A model generated the notes under the pieces. That model saw nothing but the letters and a program-made list of their open reading frames with translations, was not told the DNA's origin and did not search any database. This document shows positions 19,862 to 27,247 of a stretch of DNA of 64,000 nt, in pieces. Position numbers and translations under genes: made by a program. The stretch is from positions 2,686 through 66,685 of the forward strand of contig CAIPEX010000032.1 of the NCBI GenBank assembly GCA_903864185.1, in the 5' to 3' direction. The number at the start of each line of letters is the position of its first letter. Position 1 is the first letter of the stretch. Origin of the DNA: an uncultured Chloroflexota bacterium (GTDB taxonomy: Bacteria > Chloroflexota > Limnocylindria > Limnocylindrales > Limnocylindraceae).

Positions 19862-20332
19862 TCAGCCGTCGCAGCTTACGAGGAGCGGGATCGGCGTTGC
19901 TCCGAAGGCCTTTAAAAGACGATCCACGGTCATCGTCGCCCCTGGCTCAATCCGCGGAGTTGTGACGAGCTCTTGGATGCCGGCGCTGCCGATCTTTGTC
20001 GTGGTGACGCTGCATGTTGCCGAACCGGCCCCCGTGCCCGTGTTCACCACCGTGACCGCAACAGTGAGGCCACCTGGCGCAGAGATTGGCGCGGAGATAC
20101 TCCCCGTGAACGGGCCGATCCCCTTTGACGATGCGCCGGCGAGGGCCGCGAGCAGGAGCACTGCCATGCCGATGCCGAGGAAGACGGTGCCATGCGTCTG
20201 GCTTGCAGCTGGTTGCGCCAGGCCGAGTGGGTTGCAGCGCTCGCAGAGCGCCGTTTCAAGTGAGACAGGGGCTCCACAGCGCACACAGGGTTGAAGTTGC
20301 TGCCTGGCCTCGTTCGCTGGCGTCGTGTTCAT
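19862..20332 (-). CDS. Hypothetical zinc-ribbon (CxxC...CxxC) membrane-anchored protein
   Basis: MNTTPANE...CVRCGAPV...CERCNP then a TM helix and a Thr/Gly-rich domain; internal ATG chosen. Confidence 0.4.
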   Translation of the reverse strand: MNTTPANEARQQLQPCVRCGAPVSLETALCERCNPLGLAQPAASQTHGTVFLGIGMAVLLLAALAGASSKGIGPFTGSISAPISAPGGLTVAVTVVNTGTGAGSATCSVTTTKIGSAGIQELVTTPRIEPGATMTVDRLLKAFGATPIPLLVSCDG

Positions 20333-20339
20333 CGCACCA

Positions 20340-21131
20340 TCATCGCAGATGCTCCATAAGTGCGGCGAAGTCGGTGAGATCTGTTCGGGATCGCAGTGTG
20401 ACGATTGCGGCATCTGCACCTCGCTCGCGTAGGTTGGCGAGATAGCCCGCGGGGTCGAGCCCAAACGGTGATGCGGCGAGCGACTCGCTGCGCTTCAACT
20501 CCTGCAGCGCATAGCAGTGTGGAGTGCGGCGCTGCACCTGAGCGGCACACGCGCGCACGGCGGCAACACCTGCATCAAACGTTGCCACTGGTGCAACCCA
20601 GGCATCGGCGCTGCGCGCTGCGAGCGCGATGCTTGCTGGATGGTCGCCAGCAACGAGTATCGGCACTGGCGGATTCGGTCGCGGCGAGGCGTCGCCCTCG
20701 AGCATCGAGCGGCAGACGGCGACCGTGTCGGCGAGGATCGCAATGCGTGCATCGACAGGGCCGAAGGGGATCTTGAGCGCTGCATGTTCGGCCGCATCGC
20801 CACCAGCACCAAGGCCGAGCATGAAGCGGCCGGGTGCGATGGTGGCGATGGTGGCGACAGATTTTGCAACGAGTGCGGGGTGGCGCTTCGTGACATCGAG
20901 CACGAGCGTCCCAACGTTCAGTGTTGGATACGTTGCGAGCGCAGCGGCGGCGAGCGTTAACGCCTCAAGCACGGGGGTTGCCGGGTCGCCACGACCGAGC
21001 AGGTGATCCCAGACCCAGACACGCTCAATCGGCAGCTCGGCAAGCGTGCCAGCAAGCACGAGCCAGTCAGGCGCCGTGAGCCCAACGCTGCCCAGCGCAA
21101 CGCTGACCGGGAGATGGCGACGTTCGGTCAC
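20340..21131 (-). CDS. LLM-class (luciferase-like) flavin/F420-dependent oxidoreductase
   Basis: 263 aa TIM-barrel LLM-family sequence, located within the F420 locus. Confidence 0.75.
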   Translation of the reverse strand: MTERRHLPVSVALGSVGLTAPDWLVLAGTLAELPIERVWVWDHLLGRGDPATPVLEALTLAAAALATYPTLNVGTLVLDVTKRHPALVAKSVATIATIAPGRFMLGLGAGGDAAEHAALKIPFGPVDARIAILADTVAVCRSMLEGDASPRPNPPVPILVAGDHPASIALAARSADAWVAPVATFDAGVAAVRACAAQVQRRTPHCYALQELKRSESLAASPFGLDPAGYLANLRERGADAAIVTLRSRTDLTDFAALMEHLR

Positions 21132-21148
21132 CGCATGCGCCCCGCTGA

Positions 21149-21928
21149 TTAACGTGCGCCGAGGGTCGCCGCTGCCTTCAGTGATGCACCGATCGTGCGG
21201 TCGATGCGCGCGATCAATTCATCTTCTGGCAGGCGATACCATGCCTCGCTTCCGCCCTTCCGCGCCTCAGCCACCTCTTTTGGATCGCGGATCGTGTCTG
21301 AAACGGTGAGGATCGTTCCTGCGCGAACGCTGCGCCCCTTGGCACGCTCACGCATCGCCAAGAGGAAGATCGCGGCCGACTCCATCTCGACACCGAGGTA
21401 GCCGCGTCGCCCCCAGCGTGCAGTCCCTTCTGGTGCTGGGTCGTAGAAGACATCAGAGGTCACGATCGGTCCAACGTGTGTCGTGAGCCCCTCTGCCTTC
21501 GCCGCAGCAACGAGCACATTCGTGACATCGAGGTCAGCGGTTGGCGCGGTTGGCTCATTGAATCCGAAGATGGGTCCAATGCCGCTACTTGCAACTGCAG
21601 CAGATGCGACGAGCACATCGCCCGTCTGCAAGTCGAGGAAGCCGCCGCAGGTACCGATGCGCAGGAATGTCTCCACGCCAAGATTCAGGAGCTCCTCCAT
21701 TACGATGCTCGTGGTCGGTGTCCCCATCCCCGTGGTCTGGACGCTCACTGGCACGCCGTTGACGGTGCCGGTGTAGCCGAGGAGGCCGCGGTGCTCGTTG
21801 ACGAGGCGTGCCTTCTCAATGCCGCCATCAAATCGTGCCGCAATGCGCTTCGCACGATTCGGGTCGCCTGGGAGGAGAACAACTGGGGCGTAGTCCCCGC
21901 TCTCAGCGTGCAAGTGGATCTGGGCCAT
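21149..21928 (-). CDS. deoD: Purine nucleoside phosphorylase, DeoD type
   Basis: MAQIHLHAESGDYAPVVLLPGDPNRA N-terminus and GVEMESAA block; internal ATG chosen, the listed ORF extends to 22219. Confidence 0.85.
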   Translation of the reverse strand: MAQIHLHAESGDYAPVVLLPGDPNRAKRIAARFDGGIEKARLVNEHRGLLGYTGTVNGVPVSVQTTGMGTPTTSIVMEELLNLGVETFLRIGTCGGFLDLQTGDVLVASAAVASSGIGPIFGFNEPTAPTADLDVTNVLVAAAKAEGLTTHVGPIVTSDVFYDPAPEGTARWGRRGYLGVEMESAAIFLLAMRERAKGRSVRAGTILTVSDTIRDPKEVAEARKGGSEAWYRLPEDELIARIDRTIGASLKAAATLGAR

Positions 21929-21995
21929 GGCTACCTCCGCACAACTACTGGACCTCCCAAGGACGGGAGGCTCCGTTCCGTGTAGCGTACGCCTC

Positions 21996-22439
21996 ATGAG
22001 CGTAAAAGGGATCCACGACCCCGCGGTTCGCGCCTTCCTGGAGAAGGCGCGCTTCGCGACGATCGCAACCGTCGACGCTGACGGGGCCCCCTTCTCGGCC
22101 GTCGTCTGGTATGCCCTCGAAGCCGACCACCTGGTAGTCAATAGTGCCGACGGGCGCCGCTGGCCGAGCAACCTCCGCCGAGACCCGCGGGCATCACTGA
22201 TGGTGGAAGACGGATACAACTATGTACAGATCCTCGGACGCGTCCGAATTGACGACGACCAGGAGCGTGCACAAGCGCAGATGGCGGCGATGGCGGCACG
22301 CTATCTCTCGAATGCCGCAGTCTTAGAGAAGTCACTCGCAGAGTTCCGCACGCAACACCGAGTCCTCATCGAGCTCCACCCACATGCAATCTTTTCTGGT
22401 GGGTCGGCAGCGATCAAGCGCGCCTCGGCGGAGTCCTAA
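21996..22439 (+). CDS. PPOX-class (pyridoxamine 5'-phosphate oxidase-like) probable F420-dependent protein
   Basis: Split-barrel FMN/F420-binding-fold sequence; internal ATG at 21996; adjacent to fgd. Confidence 0.6.
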   Translation: MSVKGIHDPAVRAFLEKARFATIATVDADGAPFSAVVWYALEADHLVVNSADGRRWPSNLRRDPRASLMVEDGYNYVQILGRVRIDDDQERAQAQMAAMAARYLSNAAVLEKSLAEFRTQHRVLIELHPHAIFSGGSAAIKRASAES

Positions 22440-23434
22440 TGTCAAACGGTGCCGCAAAGATCGGCTACGCCGCGATGCTCGAGCAGTTCGGGCCGCGCGA
22501 GGTGACCGAGTACTCCGTAGCGGCAGAGAAGGCGGGGTTCAGTGGCGTGATGGCCGCCGACCACTTCCAGCCCTGGGTTCCGGAGCAAGGATCTGCACCA
22601 TTCGTCTGGAACGTCATGACCCTCATCGCCGAGCAGACAAAGGGTGACATTGGTCCAGGCGTCACCTGTCCTGGGTGGCGCATGCACCCTGCAACCGTTG
22701 CGCAGGCGTCGGCAACACTCGCGGCGATGTATCCGAATCGCCACTGGCTTGGCCTCGGATCTGGCGAGGCGCTGAATGAGCACGTGGTGGGCGGCTACTG
22801 GCCAGAGGTTGGCGAGCGCATCGCGCGCATGTTTGAAGCGATCGAGATCATCCGCAAACTCTTCACCGGAAAAGAGGTGAAGCATGCCGGTCGTTGGTAC
22901 CAGCTCGAGAGCACGCGGCTCTGGACGCTCCCCGACGCACCACCGCCAATCTACGTTGCAACGGCCGGGCCGATCACGGCGCGGAAGACGGGCGAGCTGT
23001 GTGATGGGATCATCACGGTTGGCGCCGCCGACGAGAAGATCCAGACCGTATTTGAGAAGTTTGCCGAGGGTGCACGGAGCGCCGGCAAGGATCCCGCAAC
23101 GATGCCGAAGATCCTCCAACTCCACCTTTCGTGGGCGCCAACCGACGAGGAGGCGCTGGCCAACGCACTGCGCGAGTGGCCAAACGGCGGAATGAAGTTC
23201 CCAAAGCAGGACATCCGCAACCCGGCCGACTTCCAGCAGATGGCGAAGCTGGTTCGACCCGAGGACTTTGCAGGCCGCATGCTCATCAGTAGCGACCTTG
23301 AGGCGCACCGCGTCGCGATTCAGCGCTACCTCAACATGGGCTTCGACAAGATCTACCTGCACAATGTCGGACGGAATCAGGCGGAGTGGGCCGCTGCATT
23401 CGGGCGCGAGGTGCTCCCCGCCCTCACCGCGTGA
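22439..23434 (+). CDS. fgd: F420-dependent glucose-6-phosphate dehydrogenase family (LLM class)
   Basis: Strong similarity to mycobacterial Fgd1 (GYAAMLEQF, DHFQPW, YPNR...LGLGSGEALNE). Confidence 0.85.
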   Translation: MSNGAAKIGYAAMLEQFGPREVTEYSVAAEKAGFSGVMAADHFQPWVPEQGSAPFVWNVMTLIAEQTKGDIGPGVTCPGWRMHPATVAQASATLAAMYPNRHWLGLGSGEALNEHVVGGYWPEVGERIARMFEAIEIIRKLFTGKEVKHAGRWYQLESTRLWTLPDAPPPIYVATAGPITARKTGELCDGIITVGAADEKIQTVFEKFAEGARSAGKDPATMPKILQLHLSWAPTDEEALANALREWPNGGMKFPKQDIRNPADFQQMAKLVRPEDFAGRMLISSDLEAHRVAIQRYLNMGFDKIYLHNVGRNQAEWAAAFGREVLPALTA

Positions 23435-24375
23435 GCCCGCGCGTCGCCCTCCTCGCTGGAGGCGTTGGTGGAGCGAAGCTCGCCGATGGACTTCGCCGAG
23501 CACTGCCAGCGGGCGATCTCTCCGTGATCGCCAATGTGGGCGATGACTTCGAACTTCATGGACTCACGATCTGTCCAGATCACGACACGCTCCTCTACAC
23601 GCTTGCCGGGCTCGGCGACCGCGAGCGCGGCTGGGGCCTTGCAGGGGAGAGCTGGAATGCACTCGAACAGTTCGCCACGATTGGCGCCCCAGCATGGTTC
23701 CGCCTTGGTGATCGCGATCTTGCACTCCACGTCCACCGCACGGCACAACTGCGGAGTGGTGGACGTCTCACCGAGGTGAATCAGGCACTCCAGCGCTCGC
23801 TCGGCCTCCACGAAGCACCGATCCTCATGGCGAGCGACCAGCCGGTGCGCACGCAGTTGCGCACTGCCGATGGGTGGATGGAGTTTCAGCCCTGGTTTGT
23901 TGGCGCGCAGGCGAAGCCAGAGGTGAGCGAGGTCACGTTCTCTGGTGCAGCCGATGCACACGCAACGCCAGAGGTGCTGGCCGCACTCGCAGCCGCTGAG
24001 CGCATCTACATCGCGCCGTCGAATCCGCTCGTCTCCATCGCACCGATCCTGGCGATCGCCGAGATCCGCAGCGCAATCACCGCTGCGCGTGCGCGCGGGG
24101 TTCAAGTTATCGGCGTCTCGCCCATTGTTGCTGGAGCAGCGTTGAAAGGCCCTGCCGATCGCATGCTTGCGGCAGCCGGCCTCCCCGTCTCCCCCGCTGG
24201 CGTTGCGGCACACCTGAGTGGGCTCATGGATGCGCTCCTCGTTGAGGCCGTCGATCTGACGCCTGCGCTGATTGCCGAAGCGGCGCCGCACGTAGCAACG
24301 CTGATCCCGGGCTCGATCGTCATGCGCAACGACGACGACCGCCTCCGCCTTGCGCGCGAGCTGCTCGCGCTGTGA
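23431..24375 (+). CDS. cofD: 2-phospho-L-lactate transferase (CofD/FbiA)
   Basis: VALLAGGVGGAKL N-terminus and CofD blocks; GTG start forms a GTGA overlap with the fgd stop. Confidence 0.9.
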   Translation: MSPRVALLAGGVGGAKLADGLRRALPAGDLSVIANVGDDFELHGLTICPDHDTLLYTLAGLGDRERGWGLAGESWNALEQFATIGAPAWFRLGDRDLALHVHRTAQLRSGGRLTEVNQALQRSLGLHEAPILMASDQPVRTQLRTADGWMEFQPWFVGAQAKPEVSEVTFSGAADAHATPEVLAALAAAERIYIAPSNPLVSIAPILAIAEIRSAITAARARGVQVIGVSPIVAGAALKGPADRMLAAAGLPVSPAGVAAHLSGLMDALLVEAVDLTPALIAEAAPHVATLIPGSIVMRNDDDRLRLARELLAL

Positions 24376-25751
24376 TCATTGCCGTCGTTCCATTTCGGAG
24401 CGTTGAGACATCGAAAGAGCGAATGGCGCCGGCCCTCGACCCAGCGGCGCGGAGTGAACTCGCAGCGCGCCTCCTTGAGCGAACGCTCCTCGCCCTGTCG
24501 AGCGCACCGAGTGTGGCTCGAACGATCCTCGTCTCGCCCGACCCGCTCGCACGGGCACTTGCTCGTGGCTACGGCGCCGAAGCCCTTGATGACGATGGGG
24601 TGCCGCTGAACGCCGCGATCGAGCAGGGGCTCCGCGCCGCTGAGGCCGCTGGCGCACGCGCTGCAGTTGTTATCCCCGTCGACCTTGCGGCGATTGATGG
24701 CACGGCGATTGAGGCGCTGATCGCGGAGTGGCGCAGCGGGAGCACTGCGACGCAGCCAGGGATCCTCGCTGCCTCTGATGGCGGGACAGCAGCACTCGTC
24801 CTTCCGCTACCAACAGCACTCGTGCCGCACTTTGGACCTGCAAGTGCGACGGCGCACGAGGCTGAATGTGTGCGCATCGGTACGCCCGCCCGTAAACTCC
24901 ACTCGCCCCTTGCGGACGACATCGACACGATTGAGGATCTCGCGAGTGCCGTGCGCCAGCATCCGCCAGTTAGCCGCGCAGGGATCATGGCAATCGCCAT
25001 CGACGGGCTCGGCGAGATCAACGCTGGCGACGATCTACCGCTGCTCATTGCAACATGCATCGCGCGAGCAACCGAGCGGCACGAGATTGGACCGCTCAGG
25101 CCAGACGATGTGATCGCGGTAACCCAGAAGATCGTCTCGAAGGCCGAGGGCGCCGTTGTTGACCTTGCCACGGTTGAGCCACGCGAAGAGGCACGAGTCT
25201 ATGCCGAGCGGTGGAAGCGTGACCCCCGACAGGTTGAGGTTGTGCTGCGCGAGGCGGTGCGCGTCGTGCGCATGGATCGGGGCGTCATCATCACCGAAAC
25301 AGCGCACGGATTTGTCTTGGCGAACTCTGGCGTTGACGCGAGCAATGTTGGTCCGCGCAGTGGCGAGATCGTCACCCTGCTCCCCCGCGACCCAGACGCC
25401 TCAGCGCAACGGATTCGCCAGGCGATTGGTGCAGCGACGGGGGTGACGCCGGGGGTGATCATCACCGATTCATTCGGTCGACCATGGCGGCTCGGCATTA
25501 CCGATGTCGCAATTGGCGTCGCCGGGATCGACCCGCTCGAAGACCTTCGCGGCACGCCTGATGCCGATGGGCGGGTCATGGCGGCAACCGTTCGCGCCGT
25601 TGCCGATCAGATCGCCGCCACAGCAGAGCTCGCCCTCGGCAAGACCGCCCGCCGCCCACTCGCGCTCGTGCGTGGCGCAGGAGCCCACATCGCCGAGCAC
25701 GGCAGCATCCGTGACAGCCTGATGCCGAGCGACTGGGACCTGTTTCGCTGA
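24372..25751 (+). CDS. cofC-cofE: Apparent fusion of guanylyltransferase CofC/FbiD (N-terminal, about 205 aa) with F420-0:gamma-glutamyl ligase CofE (C-terminal, about 250 aa)
   Basis: N-terminus MIIAVVPFRS...ERTLLAL and IDTIEDL are CofC-like. The C-terminus has CofE blocks (VVDLATVEP, FVLANSGVDASNVG, ITDSFGRPWRLG) in one uninterrupted 459-aa frame. Confidence 0.8.
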   Translation: MIIAVVPFRSVETSKERMAPALDPAARSELAARLLERTLLALSSAPSVARTILVSPDPLARALARGYGAEALDDDGVPLNAAIEQGLRAAEAAGARAAVVIPVDLAAIDGTAIEALIAEWRSGSTATQPGILAASDGGTAALVLPLPTALVPHFGPASATAHEAECVRIGTPARKLHSPLADDIDTIEDLASAVRQHPPVSRAGIMAIAIDGLGEINAGDDLPLLIATCIARATERHEIGPLRPDDVIAVTQKIVSKAEGAVVDLATVEPREEARVYAERWKRDPRQVEVVLREAVRVVRMDRGVIITETAHGFVLANSGVDASNVGPRSGEIVTLLPRDPDASAQRIRQAIGAATGVTPGVIITDSFGRPWRLGITDVAIGVAGIDPLEDLRGTPDADGRVMAATVRAVADQIAATAELALGKTARRPLALVRGAGAHIAEHGSIRDSLMPSDWDLFR

Positions 25752-25796
25752 GAGATCTGCGTGCAGGCGTAGAATCACTACACAGGTGGAGGTTTC

Positions 25797-26816
25797 ATGA
25801 CAGAGAAGGGCTTCTCGATCGACTTTGGCGCAGCGCCAACGGGAGCGACTGCAGCCGAGCCCGTCAAGGGCGGTCCTGCCACGCATAGCGCCCTGGTCAT
25901 CCTCGGCTCGGGACCCGCCGGCCTCACCGCAGCAATTTACGCAGCGCGTGCAGAACTTGCTCCAACCGTCATTGGCGGCTACGCGCCTGGCGGGCAACTC
26001 ATGCTCACGAGCGAGGTCGAAAACTTCCCTGGTTTCCCCGAAGGGATCCAGGGGCCAGATCTCATGACAAAGATGCGCGCGCAAGCCGAACGCTTCGGTG
26101 CGGTGATGGTGGATCAAGATGTTGAGCGAGTCGATCTAACCGCACGACCCTTCCGTGTCTGGAGCGCCGGACGTGAGTTCACGGCGGATGCGCTGATCGT
26201 CGCAACAGGTGCCTCTGCAATCTGGCTCGGACTCGAATCCGAAACGCGCCTCCGCGGTCGCGGCGTGAGCTCGTGCGCAACGTGCGACGGATTCTTCTTC
26301 AAGGGGCAGGAGGTTGCCGTCATCGGCGGTGGTGACACTGCACTCGAAGAGGCGCTCTTCCTCACGCGCTTTGCCACCACCGTTCATCTCGTGCACCGCC
26401 GCGACACCTTCCGCGCGAGCAAGATCATGGTTGCGCGTGCCGAGGCACATCCGAAGATCACGATCCATCGGAATCGCGAGGTTGTCGAGGTTCTTGGGGA
26501 GAAGGCGACCGAGGCTCTCGTCCTCCGTGACACGAGTCCATCTGGTTCGCAGGCAACCGAGCGCCTCGCTGTAGGGGGCCTCTTCGTCGCAATCGGACAC
26601 CGCCCTAACACCGCGCTGCTGGGAGGCGCACTCCCGGTCGATGAGGCTGGCTACCTCCGCCTCGAGTCGGGCACTAGTGCGTCGGCGATCGAGGGGGTGT
26701 TTGTCGCAGGTGACGTGCACGACCATCGCTATCGCCAGGCGGTTACCGCCGCGGGCGACGGCTGCCGAGCAGCGCTCGATGCAGAGCGCTGGCTTTCAGA
26801 GCAGGCGAGCGCATAG
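25797..26816 (+). CDS. trxB: Thioredoxin-disulfide reductase with an about 30-aa N-terminal extension
   Basis: GSGPAGLTAAIYAAR, CATCDG redox motif and GGGDTALEEA; GGAGG RBS 6 nt upstream of ATG 25797. Confidence 0.9.
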   Translation: MTEKGFSIDFGAAPTGATAAEPVKGGPATHSALVILGSGPAGLTAAIYAARAELAPTVIGGYAPGGQLMLTSEVENFPGFPEGIQGPDLMTKMRAQAERFGAVMVDQDVERVDLTARPFRVWSAGREFTADALIVATGASAIWLGLESETRLRGRGVSSCATCDGFFFKGQEVAVIGGGDTALEEALFLTRFATTVHLVHRRDTFRASKIMVARAEAHPKITIHRNREVVEVLGEKATEALVLRDTSPSGSQATERLAVGGLFVAIGHRPNTALLGGALPVDEAGYLRLESGTSASAIEGVFVAGDVHDHRYRQAVTAAGDGCRAALDAERWLSEQASA

Positions 26817-26873
26817 GACGCGCTGCGCGAGGCGCACCAGGTTCCCTGTTTACCTCCTGATTGCATTTGGCGA

Positions 26874-26888
26874 GCGCCCGTAACGGGC
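26874..26888 (+). terminator. GC-rich hairpin (CGCCCG-taa-CGGGCG) after trxB, candidate intrinsic terminator without a U-tract
   Basis: 6-bp GC stem with 3-nt loop, about 58 nt after the trxB stop. Confidence 0.25.
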
Positions 26889-26908
26889 GAACACCCTAAA
26901 CTCTGAAC

Positions 26909-27247
26909 GTGAGCGTTACCTCTCCCGCCCCTGCTGCGTTACGAATACTCCGAGCCGAACAACGCCTTGAGGTCGACTGGGCCGATGGGCATGCCAGCAC
27001 GTACGAGGCCACTGCGCTCCGCTGGCTCTGCCCATGCGCCTACTGCCGTGGTGAGGCGGGCATGCCTGGGTGGCTCGACGCTAATCCGAGCCTCACCCCA
27101 CAGCAGACCACCCTCGAGGGTGGCGGGATGATCGGTAACTACGCCGTCTGCCTCTTCTGGGGCGATGGACACCGCACCGGCTACTACACCTGGCCCCTGC
27201 TTCGATCAAACTGCCCGTGCCCTCTATGCCTCGCGACCCCACGGTGA
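26909..27247 (+). CDS. DUF971 family protein (gamma-butyrobetaine hydroxylase N-terminal-like Zn-binding domain)
   Basis: 112 aa; CPCAYCRGE and CPCPLC Cys clusters; stop overlaps the probable ppk GTG start (GTGA). Confidence 0.7.
   Translation: MSVTSPAPAALRILRAEQRLEVDWADGHASTYEATALRWLCPCAYCRGEAGMPGWLDANPSLTPQQTTLEGGGMIGNYAVCLFWGDGHRTGYYTWPLLRSNCPCPLCLATPR

Noticed and set aside
21929-22219. Upstream extension of the PNP ORF (356 aa) across the PPOX gene start
   Set aside because: DeoD-type PNP homology begins at MAQIHLH; the extension overlaps the divergent PPOX gene and has no similarity.
26817-26908. 92-nt trxB/DUF971 intergenic region considered for a riboswitch or small RNA
   Set aside because: Only a short GC hairpin (annotated as a possible terminator) is present; no conserved riboswitch core sequences are recognisable.
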